From the NCBI GenBank assembly GCA_035289605.1, contig DATDWR010000014.1:13798-77797 (forward strand): DNA of 64,000 bases. Direction: 5' to 3'. A program made the translations under genes and the position numbers. This stretch comes from Candidatus Nanoarchaeia archaeon (lineage in GTDB: Archaea; Nanobdellota; Nanobdellia; SCGC-AAA011-G17; GW2011-AR18). Of the stretch, positions 55,057 through 64,000 are shown one piece after another. Numbering within the stretch: the first letter of the stretch is position 1; the number at the start of each line of letters is the position of its first letter. The notes beneath the pieces are model-generated. The model worked only from the letters and a program-made list of their open reading frames with translations, was not told the DNA's origin and ran no database searches.

Positions 55057-55250
55057 CTCGGCTTTACAGTTATCACAAAAATGTCATCTCCTATTTTTTT
55101 TGTTACCACAATAAAATATCTAAAATGATGTAATAATTTATTAGGTTTCTGAAGTTCCTTTGATCCGCTTTTTATGGCTTCTTCAATTTCATTTACTGAA
55201 ATTCCTCTTTCTATCATTTTTTCTCTAGCATGTTTGCTATACTTTATCAA
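55044..55250 (-). CDS. DUF4258-like putative toxin
   Basis: KHAREKMIERGISVNEIEEAIKSG pattern, 68 aa, in a two-gene module. Confidence 0.5.
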   Translation of the reverse strand: MIKYSKHAREKMIERGISVNEIEEAIKSGSKELQKPNKLLHHFRYFIVVTKKIGDDIFVITVKPRWKK

Positions 55251-55305
55251 AAGTAATCACCTGTAATTACAGTAAGTATAAATAATATATAAAGATTTCT
55301 ATATG

Positions 55306-56199
55306 TTACTTAGTCAACACTATCGGATCATCCTTTATTATTATTGTATGCTCTGCCTGCGAGACAATTCCTCCAGATTTCTCAGGCAGTTGTGGATAGC
55401 CGTATATTACTCCATTCTTTTCTAAATTAAATATTGCTAGTGCAGCTCTCTGTATAGTGAATTTAGGTATTAAGTGTCTTTTAGCAAATGGCAGTGTGAC
55501 AAATTCTTTTCTGATGTATTCTAAAACTTCTCTTGTTGCATTGTCCCTTACAGTTGCTGAAGAAAATAGCCTGTAGTTTGATGATTGTTTTCCCTCTTTT
55601 ACTAATCCTACACCTGTAGTTGCAAATGGTTCTATTGCTATTACTGTTCCTTCTTCAAGCTCTGTTTTGTCTCCATTGTTAAAATTTGGTATTGATAAAT
55701 TGCTGTGTAACACATACCTGTCAACTTTATGTCCTGATAGATTTTTTATAGGTTTGAATCCGTATTTTATTATTATCTCTTCAACTGCTTCTCCTATTTG
55801 GTAAATTTTTGTTCCAGGCTTGCATAATTTAATTGCTTCATTTAATGCTTCTCTTGATGCCTTGATTAAGTCAAAGTATTTACTAGAACCTATTTCAACT
55901 GTATATGCTGTATCTCCTATATATCCATCTATCTGCACTCCAAGATCTAGTTTAACAATATCACTAGTCTTAAGGCAAACAGTATCATCTGGAAATGGAG
56001 TGTAGTGTGCTGCCATATCATTGATAGAAATTTGTACAGGAAATCCGAATTTTCCTTCTTTTTTTGTTATAAAATCTTCTATTTTCTTTGCTATTTCTAG
56101 AACGTTAGCATTCTCTTTAAGGAGATTTATTCCGTATTCTCTTGCTTCAGAGGCTATTGATCCAGCTTTCTTCCATTTGTTTAGTTCTTCAATGTCCAC
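55306..56199 (-). CDS. map: methionine aminopeptidase, type 2 (archaeal)
   Basis: Pita-bread fold metal ligands (DLGVQIDGYIGDTA, GHKV, IEPF, EHT) and a typical archaeal length of 297 aa. Confidence 0.85.
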   Translation of the reverse strand: MDIEELNKWKKAGSIASEAREYGINLLKENANVLEIAKKIEDFITKKEGKFGFPVQISINDMAAHYTPFPDDTVCLKTSDIVKLDLGVQIDGYIGDTAYTVEIGSSKYFDLIKASREALNEAIKLCKPGTKIYQIGEAVEEIIIKYGFKPIKNLSGHKVDRYVLHSNLSIPNFNNGDKTELEEGTVIAIEPFATTGVGLVKEGKQSSNYRLFSSATVRDNATREVLEYIRKEFVTLPFAKRHLIPKFTIQRAALAIFNLEKNGVIYGYPQLPEKSGGIVSQAEHTIIIKDDPIVLTK

Positions 56200-56249
56200 A
56201 GTTTTGCTAAAAGAAAATATTATATAAGCTTTATTAAATTATATTTTGT

Positions 56250-57272
56250 ATGGGTGTCAACATATCTTCATTGCTACCGATTAAGGAAATTAAATTTGAA
56301 GATCTAAAAAATAAGGTTGTTGGTGTAGATTTTTTTAATGTTGCATATCAGTTTTTAAGTTCTATTCGTGGATACGATGGCACACCGCTTCACGATTCGC
56401 ATGGTCAAGTTACGTCACATCTTCAGGGAATATTAGCCAGGAGTCTCAATCTCATGTCTAAAGGAATAAAATTAGTTTATGTTGTTGATGGTGAAAGTCC
56501 AGAATTAAAGCATATGGAAGTTGAAGAAAGAAATGCTAGAAAAAACGAAGCTGAAGCTAAATACAAAGAAGCAAAAGATAAAGAAAACTTGGATGAGATG
56601 TATAAGTATAGCAAGCAATTTCTTAGGTTTGAAGATAATATGATTGAGGAAAGCAAAGAGCTAATTGAAGCTTTAGGCATTCCTGTAGTTCAGGCACCTA
56701 GCGAAGCTGAAGGGCAGATTGCCTATATGAACAGAAATGGAGACGTTTGGGGCTGCGGAAGTCAGGATGCAGATAGTTTATTGTTTGGAGCTCCGAGATT
56801 AATAAGAAATTTAACTCTATCTCAAAAAAGAACTGTAAGGGGCAAAACCGTTTATACTTTTTTAGAATTAATAGAATTAAATGAAGTTTTAGAAAAATTG
56901 CAGATTAATCATGATCAACTAATAGTTTTAGGTGTAATGATAGGCACTGACTTTAATAAAAAGGGTGTTCCAGGAGTAGGTCCAAAGAAAGCTTTGAAAT
57001 TAATTAAGGATTATAAAAATGAGGATGAATTTGACAGATTATTTAATGAATTAAAAGTTGAATTTGATTGGAGGGAAGTTTATAAAATTTTCAAAAATCT
57101 TCCTGTGGAAGAGGATTACTCCTTAAGGTGGAAAAGTATAGATGAAGATAAAGTCAGAGAAATATTAGTTGACAGGCACGATTTTAATTGGGAGAGAGTT
57201 AAGAGTTTAATAAACAAGCATGAAGAAGAAAATAAGTTAAATAAGCAGAAGGGTTTGGGTGATTTCTTCTAA
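56250..57272 (+). CDS. fen: flap endonuclease 1
   Basis: MGVNISSL...VVDGESPELK, SEAEGQIAYM, GSQDADSLLFG, and H3TH GVPGVGPKKALKLI. Confidence 0.9.
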   Translation: MGVNISSLLPIKEIKFEDLKNKVVGVDFFNVAYQFLSSIRGYDGTPLHDSHGQVTSHLQGILARSLNLMSKGIKLVYVVDGESPELKHMEVEERNARKNEAEAKYKEAKDKENLDEMYKYSKQFLRFEDNMIEESKELIEALGIPVVQAPSEAEGQIAYMNRNGDVWGCGSQDADSLLFGAPRLIRNLTLSQKRTVRGKTVYTFLELIELNEVLEKLQINHDQLIVLGVMIGTDFNKKGVPGVGPKKALKLIKDYKNEDEFDRLFNELKVEFDWREVYKIFKNLPVEEDYSLRWKSIDEDKVREILVDRHDFNWERVKSLINKHEEENKLNKQKGLGDFF

Positions 57273-57282
57273 TCATGAATGT

Positions 57283-60200
57283 CTATACTGAGGATTCCTC
57301 TTCCTCAATTTTTATTATAAATCCCTTGACTAATTTATTGTCTGAATATATTCCGCAGTTAAGTAAATTGTCTCCTGGGAATGAAGGTGTGTAAAAACAG
57401 CTAAAGCCTTCTCTGTTTGCAATATTTCCGCCTTTTGCCTTCCATGTTGCAGCAAAAGTAGCAGTAATGCTTTTTTCTGGGAGAACTTTAAAGTTAATTA
57501 ATTCATTGTTTATTCCTTTAATTTTAAAATGAGATATTCTGTTGCTGCTCATAAGTCTTTGTACATCTCCGCCTGGATATTTATATTGAACAAAAATTTC
57601 AGGATATGAAATTTCATTGGTTGTTTGTGATTTTGATAAGTCGACATTTCTTCTATTTATTGTTTCTGTTGAAGCAGCAACAAGAGCAGGCCTTTGAGGT
57701 TCTATATCTTCAGCAGCAACTAGTAATGGTCTCTTTGGTTGAACTTCTTCAGCAGCAGGTTTTTTAACAGCTTTAGGGACTATTATTTCTAGTATGCATT
57801 TTCCTATAATAGTACCATCTGTTGTAAATGTTAATTCTATTAACTTACGTCCATTTTTAGTGAATTTCATAGCTCCAGTTTTAGTTTCATCTGAATATGC
57901 AACTTCTTTTTCAGCATTGGTTCTCATCAAAATCTGGTATTCAGATGTCACATCTGTATCATTGCCGTCTATCTTTTGCACTACTTTAGGATAGAAGTGT
58001 ATTACTTGGTTTTGTTCAATTAATGCTTCAAAAGGTTTGCCTTGTCTGGCAATTCCAAGGTCTATATCTTTATTTTGGGTAAAATTTCTGACTAGAACGC
58101 TGCAGTTTACATTTGCATCTCTTCTTTGAACAGGTGTAGGATAAGCTTCTTCTGTCTGTGCCTCAGGTTCTAGAGCCTTTTTTCTTTTTTTAAAAACTTC
58201 CAAAAACTTCCATCTGCTTTCTGGTTTTACTTCTTGAGCAGCAATTAGTGTTGGTCTCTCAGGCTCTATATCTTCCTCAGGAATTACATATAATTCTATA
58301 GTACATTTTCCTGCAACCTCTCCAGCAGTAGTGAATGTTAAAGAGATAATTTTATGTCCTTCAGTATATACTTTTATATAGCCATATTTATTTTGCTCTG
58401 AATAGAAAACTTCTCCTTCTTTTATATTTTTAACTTTTACATTTATCTGGTAATCTGAAATGACACTTCTAGGTATTTCATTTACTTTTTGTAGGACTTC
58501 AGGTTTAAAGTAATAGATTTGGCCTTTTTTAATGTTCATAATAAGAGGATTTTTTGGTCTTGAAACTCCAAGCAATTGTCTGGAGTTGGATAAAAGAGTT
58601 ACATGAATATTTCTTGCAACCTCTCTCTGTTCAACTGGAGCAGTATAAATTTCTTCTGTAACAAGCCTTAGTTTAATTTCTTTGTATAGATTTCCGTTCT
58701 TTATGAAAGCGCATGTAAGTAATCTTTCGCCTTCAGTAGAAAAAGATACATAAGCATAAGATTGTCCTTTTGCTTGTTCTTCATTTGTATATTCAAAAAA
58801 CCTGTCATCATTTTGAGTATTATCTAATTTCCATTTAACTTCATATTGTGTTATATCACCAACAATTACCAAAGGTATAAAATAGATTCTTTTATTTAAT
58901 GGTATATTGATTGTTGCATCATTTGAATTCTCTTGAATTATTTCTTGAGCGTCATAGTTGTAAGTCCTGACAATTAAGTCATTATATTCTTGTGAAGAAT
59001 AAATCTTTTCTCTTGCAGCTTCACCTAGTTTTGCTCTCTTTTCTTTAGCATATTTGCCTGCAGCAACAGCTCCAGCTGCCATTGCTCCAGCCGCTGTTTT
59101 AACACCTTTTGCAGTTGCTCTAGCAGCCCTGACAAGTGCTTCTTTTTGTCTTCTTTCCCTTTCCCTGTCTCTTGTAGTCACATATGTTTTTGTTTTTCCT
59201 CTTATTTTGTCCCATGTTCTTCCAAAGAATCCTCTTCTCGTAGGCCCTTCTTCTCCTTGTTCAACTTCTTCAAATTCAGCATCAACTACAGGCTCAGCTT
59301 CAGTCCTAGCACCAACAACTCTAGCAGTTCTAGCTCCTTTTGATCTTCCAACTTTAACAACAACTCTTCCGCCGTATATATGCTCAGCATCGTTCAGTAT
59401 TATCGCATCTCTTCTTCTGTCTACTCCGACAGCCATTAACGTATAAGTCTCTCCTTCTTTCATGAACTTTAAATTATCTTCTCCAACTATTGCTGTAAAA
59501 TTATTTTCTCTAAAAAATAACTTTGCCTTATCAAAGTCATCATCGTTAATAGGATCATGAGAAACTCCTTTTATCCAATACCAGTTTATTGAATGGAAAT
59601 CTGGAGGTATAGGTCCTTCTCTTGCATATCTTAAGCCTATTTCTCTTCCTAGTAATATAGTAAAGAAACCAGTCTCCCATCCCCCGCCAGTATTTAGTTC
59701 TGCATGTATTATCGGTGTTTCAGAAACAATCCTTAATGCAATCTGTCCAACACCATGTAAGGGTATTCCTTCACGTTCTGCATCTTCATCTATAGCCTCA
59801 ACATATATTGTTCTTTCTTCTTCATGTCCTAAATGCAGCATTCTTCCTATTTGTAAATTTAGTGTACGCCCTTCACCAATAGGATTTCTGCCAGCTATCC
59901 ATCTATATCTGTATCTTCCGTGTCTTTCTCTTCCCCTTCTGTCAACCACTGTCGCATATAATCTGACTGTATCTCTTGGAGTATAAAATCTTCTTTCTGG
60001 TTGTGCTACTACAACAACTCGTATTTTTTCTCTTCTTAATGCTTCTCTTCTTGCTTCTGCTGTTCTTACAGCTTCTTCCCTGCCTTTTCTTTCTCCTTCT
60101 TCTATTTCTCTTCCTCTTCTTGCTACATAATGCTCATAAGGCTCTGGTGCAAACCATCTTCTAACTCTCTTTCCTATAGAACTTGGTACAGATTGTGCTC

Positions 60201-60858
60201 CTCCTGCTCTTGGTGCTCCGCCTCCCCCATGTCCGCCTCCAAATGATCCTTCAAATACTGATTTCAAAAATCCAGCAATAGCAAGGATAAGTAAAGCAAC
60301 TAATATAAGTGATTTCGCCTGATTCCATAATTCATTTGTCTGGAAATAACCTGAAACTTGTGGAAATAAAAATTCTATTAAGAAAAACGCTAAGACAAGC
60401 ATTCCTATTATCATCCATATTGACATTCCTTTTTTTCCTTCTTCTTTTCCATGTACCAAAAGCCTGTAGCCTGTTATCAGGATTAAGAAAATTATTAGTA
60501 AAAAGAAAAGCCATCCAAATCCTGCTATTGACCAGTTATATTGAAAGAATAATAGTGATAAGCTGAATCCTCCTAATACTCCGAGTGCAATATACAGGAA
60601 GCTTAGCTTTTGTACTTTGTCTTCTCCCCAGTGTATTCCTACAAATGCTTTTGCTATTCCTGAGATTAAAAAGAAGAATAATAAAAAGTGGAATACATTC
60701 CTAAATCCTGGTGAGCCATAATATGAAGTTATTGGATCAAATAGGTCAAATCCTCCAAAGTATAAGTATTCAGCAAATAGTGCAAATGCAGATTGTACGA
60801 GCAATAGAATAAATAAGCTTAAAACTAGCAAAAGACCTACTCTCTTTTTATTATACAT
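57283..60858 (-). CDS. 1191-aa membrane protein with Arg/Glu-rich region and tandemly duplicated beta-rich domains
   Basis: ~7 N-terminal TM segments, GGGHGGGGAPRAGGAQ, an Arg-rich GC-richer middle, and two ~190-aa repeats ending ...LTFTT(A/D)G...GKC.(L/I)E. followed by (E/K)RP.L(I/V)AA linkers. Confidence 0.7.
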   Translation of the reverse strand: MYNKKRVGLLLVLSLFILLLVQSAFALFAEYLYFGGFDLFDPITSYYGSPGFRNVFHFLLFFFLISGIAKAFVGIHWGEDKVQKLSFLYIALGVLGGFSLSLLFFQYNWSIAGFGWLFFLLIIFLILITGYRLLVHGKEEGKKGMSIWMIIGMLVLAFFLIEFLFPQVSGYFQTNELWNQAKSLILVALLILAIAGFLKSVFEGSFGGGHGGGGAPRAGGAQSVPSSIGKRVRRWFAPEPYEHYVARRGREIEEGERKGREEAVRTAEARREALRREKIRVVVVAQPERRFYTPRDTVRLYATVVDRRGRERHGRYRYRWIAGRNPIGEGRTLNLQIGRMLHLGHEEERTIYVEAIDEDAEREGIPLHGVGQIALRIVSETPIIHAELNTGGGWETGFFTILLGREIGLRYAREGPIPPDFHSINWYWIKGVSHDPINDDDFDKAKLFFRENNFTAIVGEDNLKFMKEGETYTLMAVGVDRRRDAIILNDAEHIYGGRVVVKVGRSKGARTARVVGARTEAEPVVDAEFEEVEQGEEGPTRRGFFGRTWDKIRGKTKTYVTTRDRERERRQKEALVRAARATAKGVKTAAGAMAAGAVAAGKYAKEKRAKLGEAAREKIYSSQEYNDLIVRTYNYDAQEIIQENSNDATINIPLNKRIYFIPLVIVGDITQYEVKWKLDNTQNDDRFFEYTNEEQAKGQSYAYVSFSTEGERLLTCAFIKNGNLYKEIKLRLVTEEIYTAPVEQREVARNIHVTLLSNSRQLLGVSRPKNPLIMNIKKGQIYYFKPEVLQKVNEIPRSVISDYQINVKVKNIKEGEVFYSEQNKYGYIKVYTEGHKIISLTFTTAGEVAGKCTIELYVIPEEDIEPERPTLIAAQEVKPESRWKFLEVFKKRKKALEPEAQTEEAYPTPVQRRDANVNCSVLVRNFTQNKDIDLGIARQGKPFEALIEQNQVIHFYPKVVQKIDGNDTDVTSEYQILMRTNAEKEVAYSDETKTGAMKFTKNGRKLIELTFTTDGTIIGKCILEIIVPKAVKKPAAEEVQPKRPLLVAAEDIEPQRPALVAASTETINRRNVDLSKSQTTNEISYPEIFVQYKYPGGDVQRLMSSNRISHFKIKGINNELINFKVLPEKSITATFAATWKAKGGNIANREGFSCFYTPSFPGDNLLNCGIYSDNKLVKGFIIKIEEEESSV

Positions 60859-60910
60859 AAGAAATAAATTACAAAAATACTTATATAAAGCTTTCTAGTT
60901 TTATTCTCGT

Positions 60911-61903
60911 ATGAAATGTATAAAAGTCAGATTGGAAGAAGCTGAAAGTGTTAGAATCATGCTTTTGAAGAATAGTATTTTAGATAATAAATTTAAGATT
61001 GAAAATGATAAAGATTTTGTATATTTTCCTGTTAAGAAAAAGTTTGCAGGCTACAAGTTATTTGAAAAAAATTTAGAGGAAAAAAAAATAAAGTTTGGCA
61101 TAAAGGAAATTTTGAAGAAAGAATTGACAAAAAAAGAATTATCAAATTTAAAAAGATCAATGGATATTATTGGTGGTATTGCAGTTATAGAAATTGACAA
61201 AAGTCTATTGCACAAGAAGAAGATTATAGCTGAATCTATATTGAAATTTAATAAGAATGTAAAAACTGTATTTAGAAAATTAAGTCCTCATGAGGGAAAG
61301 TTCAGAGTTAGAGGTTATGAATTTCTTGCAGGAATAAATAAAACTGAAACAATCCATAGGGAAAGTGGTCTGCTTTTTAAGTTGGATATCTCAAAGGTTT
61401 ATTTCAGTCCAAGGTTGAATAATGATAGATTGAATATATCTAAAATGGTAAAAAGTGGTGAGGATGTCTTAGTAATGTTCTCTGGTATTGGAGCTTATTG
61501 TTTTGTAATATCAAAATACAGCAAGGCTAGATATATTTATGGTGTTGAAATTAATCCAGTTGCTCATAAATATGCTGAAGAAAGTTTAAAACTGAATAAA
61601 TTAAGCAATATCAAGTTTTTATTCGGGGATGTTAAAAATATTTGTCCAAGGCTTAAAATAAAGTTTGATAGAATACTGATGCCATTGCCGAAGAATGCTA
61701 ATGAGTATTTGGATATAGCTGCTCGGCTTCTAAAGAAAGGAGGAATTATTCATTTTTATTCATTTGCAGAAAAGGAAAAGTTTGATTCTGCTATTGAAGA
61801 AATAAAGAATAAATTGAATGTAAAAATTCTGGATATTGTTAAATGCGGGCAGGTAAGTCCTAATAATTATCGTGTTCGTGTCGATTTTAAGATTAAAAAA
61901 TAA
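60911..61903 (+). CDS. trm5: Trm5/Taw2-family tRNA methyltransferase (Met-10+ like)
   Basis: VYFSPRLNNDRLNI, SAM motif VMFSGIGAYCF, and MPLPKNA. Confidence 0.75.
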   Translation: MKCIKVRLEEAESVRIMLLKNSILDNKFKIENDKDFVYFPVKKKFAGYKLFEKNLEEKKIKFGIKEILKKELTKKELSNLKRSMDIIGGIAVIEIDKSLLHKKKIIAESILKFNKNVKTVFRKLSPHEGKFRVRGYEFLAGINKTETIHRESGLLFKLDISKVYFSPRLNNDRLNISKMVKSGEDVLVMFSGIGAYCFVISKYSKARYIYGVEINPVAHKYAEESLKLNKLSNIKFLFGDVKNICPRLKIKFDRILMPLPKNANEYLDIAARLLKKGGIIHFYSFAEKEKFDSAIEEIKNKLNVKILDIVKCGQVSPNNYRVRVDFKIKK

Positions 61904-62009
61904 TTATATTGCGGCAATATCTGCATTATTTAATACTGCTGAAAAATCTTTCATTTTTTTATGAATCAATGGATAGCAATATTTATTAACTTATTTATGC
62001 TATTTCACT

Positions 62010-62082
62010 ATGCGCTGTGATTTGGTGAACACCCGTTGAGGAGTTTTCCTATGATTGATGGAAGTAGCTTATGAGCGCGCAT
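62010..62082 (+). ncRNA. candidate C/D-box-like sRNA or terminator hairpin
   Basis: 6-bp terminal stem ATGCGC/GCGCAT enclosing GUGAUUU-12 nt-UUGA-12 nt-UGAUUGA-12 nt-AUGA, followed by T5. The boxes deviate from the RUGAUGA/CUGA consensus. Confidence 0.25.
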
Positions 62083-62124
62083 TTTTAATAATCTTTAAAT
62101 AATAGCTTTTTAAGTTAATAGTCT

Positions 62125-62730
62125 ATGGCTAAAAAAAGAGGGAAGATAGATTTTAATAAAAAACTGGATTTAATTTTGAATCTCGAAAGAAAAGAACTTA
62201 GTAATTTAAAAAGCGAGCAGTCAAGGCTTAAAGATCTTAAAGGTGAAGAGGAAAAAGTAAAGCATTTGGAAGAAAGACAGCTCAAGGAGCTTGAAACTTT
62301 GAAGAATTTAGAGAGGGAAATTGCTAGAGAAGTCGGCGAACACCCTCTAAGAAAGCTTACTTATAAGGATGCAGGTCGTTCCATGATAGGTGCTTTTATA
62401 GGTATAGTTAGCCATTTCACGGTTTTGGAAGGCGTTCATTTTGCAGAAAATGTTTCTCCGCTTAAGGCAAGTTTTTTGTTGCTGGTTTCTTTTGGTGCAG
62501 GTTTGATAATGCTTTACTATACAGGTTTCAGAAAGATTAAGGATGTTAGGATATTGGCAATACTCCCTTTGCGCCTTGTTTTTGTGTATGTTGTTACTAT
62601 TATTGCAATAGTTATTACTTTGTTTGTATTAGGAATAATGAAACAAGGACATGTTTATAGTCAGGTTGCTGTATTAAGCCTTCCAGCTATTATAGGTGCA
62701 TGCGCAGCTGATTTGATCGGAGGAGAATAA
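62125..62730 (+). CDS. membrane protein with N-terminal coiled coil
   Basis: Charged helical N-terminus followed by 4 TM segments. Confidence 0.5.
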   Translation: MAKKRGKIDFNKKLDLILNLERKELSNLKSEQSRLKDLKGEEEKVKHLEERQLKELETLKNLEREIAREVGEHPLRKLTYKDAGRSMIGAFIGIVSHFTVLEGVHFAENVSPLKASFLLLVSFGAGLIMLYYTGFRKIKDVRILAILPLRLVFVYVVTIIAIVITLFVLGIMKQGHVYSQVAVLSLPAIIGACAADLIGGE

Positions 62731-63065
62731 TGTTAGTGAACTTAGGTGGCAGTGTAAGTATTGAAGCTAAAGCTAGAATAATATTAAAAGGAATACTCAA
62801 AAGATTTATTGGATACTTGGGTTTAGTTGAAGCAACTGGCGAAGTAGATAAAGGCACATTGAAAAAAGTTAAAACTGGCATAGATCTCAATTATAAAATT
62901 CTTCTTAGAAATTCTGGCGAAGGAAATAAAATTATTTATGAGTCTCAATATAAAATAATTAGGTCTATTTATGCAATTCTTGAAAATTATGACAGGACTA
63001 AAACAGAAAATTTGAACAAGTTAAAGAAAGAATTAGAGTCTAAGGCTAAGCTTTTAGATATCTAG
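62730..63065 (+). CDS. hypothetical protein
   Basis: 111-aa ORF whose ATG overlaps the upstream stop (TAATG). Confidence 0.4.
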   Translation: MLVNLGGSVSIEAKARIILKGILKRFIGYLGLVEATGEVDKGTLKKVKTGIDLNYKILLRNSGEGNKIIYESQYKIIRSIYAILENYDRTKTENLNKLKKELESKAKLLDI

Positions 63066-64000
63066 TTCAGCTGCAGCTTTTCCTTTTTGTTTTATTGCAG
63101 TAGGCGCTTCTCCGCCATGCCATGTAAATCTCGGCCTTACTTGCAGCGGATATATTCTTTCTGAGTTGTCATCCAAGATTATTGCCGATCCTCTCATTCT
63201 TGGCAGCAGGTTAAAGTATTTTGTCATGTCTCCGTACAAGTAGCTCTGCATCATTGAATTGAGTGCAACTAAGTCTCTTTTCGCAGTTAGCCTGTGGCTT
63301 ATTACTATATCAGTTTGTGTTATTACATCTTTGTGTATTTCTCCAGGTTGTTGTGTTGCCCCTATTAGGCTTATTCCCGGCTGTCTTCCTTCTCTTAATA
63401 TCGTAACTAGCGCGTCTGTTGCTGCTGTAATTCTATCTTTAGGAAGAAATTCATGTAGTTCATCAACTAATATCCACACCATAGGGAGCTCTTCTCCCAT
63501 GCCTTCAACTTTTGTCTGAAAGTAAGAATGGCCTCTTCTCACGTCTTCCATTTCCTCTTTTTTTCTTGCTATGACTCTCTCTTGCATTAGTTTTTTGCAA
63601 ACTATTCCGGTAACCAAGGCCTTGACATTCCATTCTTTGTAAGCGCTTATGTCAAGGACAGAAACTTTTCCTGCTGCAACTATATTTTTTATTGGAGTGC
63701 TTTGCTCGCTGAATATTCCCCACTCTTTTGCAGCAATGAATCTGTTTATTGTGGCAAGTTTTGTATGGTCGTCAAGATTAATATTGTCCTCTATTGCTTG
63801 TATTACTTCCTGAACAGAAAAGTTGGGCTTTTTTTCTTTTAATTTCGCAACTGTTGATTCTATTGCTACACCTGTAGGATCATTTAATGATATTCCGAAT
63901 GAGTTGCACCAGTCTAGTGGATCAAGCTCTCCAGGATTTATTGTGAACGCAAAATCTGCAGGTATTTCTTTTTCTTTGTATTCTTTGTAGTATCCTGCAG
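63054..64000 (-). CDS. HerA/DUF87-like P-loop ATPase, C-terminal part (5' end outside the window)
   Basis: I checked the frame and it is open from 63617 to the window end, so the track start is an internal TTG. Walker B-like WILVDELHEF, then REGRQPGISLIGATQQPGEI and IVISHRL, which are typical of HerA/VirB4-like ATPases. Confidence 0.6.
   Translation of the reverse strand, partial: AGYYKEYKEKEIPADFAFTINPGELDPLDWCNSFGISLNDPTGVAIESTVAKLKEKKPNFSVQEVIQAIEDNINLDDHTKLATINRFIAAKEWGIFSEQSTPIKNIVAAGKVSVLDISAYKEWNVKALVTGIVCKKLMQERVIARKKEEMEDVRRGHSYFQTKVEGMGEELPMVWILVDELHEFLPKDRITAATDALVTILREGRQPGISLIGATQQPGEIHKDVITQTDIVISHRLTAKRDLVALNSMMQSYLYGDMTKYFNLLPRMRGSAIILDDNSERIYPLQVRPRFTWHGGEAPTAIKQKGKAAAELDI

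Noticed and set aside
1-64000. CRISPR arrays, tRNA genes and rRNA genes
   Set aside because: I found no regularly spaced direct repeats and no cloverleaf-like GC-rich islands or T-loop motifs in intergenic regions. This was a scan by eye, so a tRNA scan should still be run.

Overview
This is a low-GC archaeal chromosome segment with a reduced, DPANN-like gene set: class I LysRS, Hjc, a PriS-PriL fusion primase, PAN, Cdc48, FEN1, SecY, aSUI1 and the archaea/eukaryote-specific r-proteins L14e, L34e, L19e, L32e and S4e. Positions 10.0-26.4 kb form one tightly packed minus-strand ribosomal super-operon (L3 through L15, SecY, DUF106, L34e, L14e, prefoldin alpha, primase). I saw no rRNA, tRNA or CRISPR array. 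The main accessory locus is a diversity-generating retroelement (DGR) at 28.2-31.1 kb. It has a DGR-type reverse transcriptase that is split by a frameshift inside a G9 homopolymer, carries a C-terminal HTH extension and has no Avd gene nearby. A 90-nt template repeat sits in the structured upstream spacer, and a cognate variable repeat sits in the 3' part of a cytoplasmic target gene, differing almost only at template adenines. A paralogous target-like gene 11 kb away (42.1-42.9 kb) shares the promoter/operator block and has a covarying GC hairpin after its VR-like segment. Other notable items are a mini-intein in Cdc48, a split Hef, a free-standing LAGLIDADG protein coupled to topA, an IS200-like transposase remnant whose 3' end is repeated next to the DGR, a duplicated radB 3' end flanking a ~575-bp insert, toxin-antitoxin modules, large surface and membrane proteins, and a weak C/D-box sRNA candidate. 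All calls come from reading the sequence and the ORF track by eye; no searches were run.
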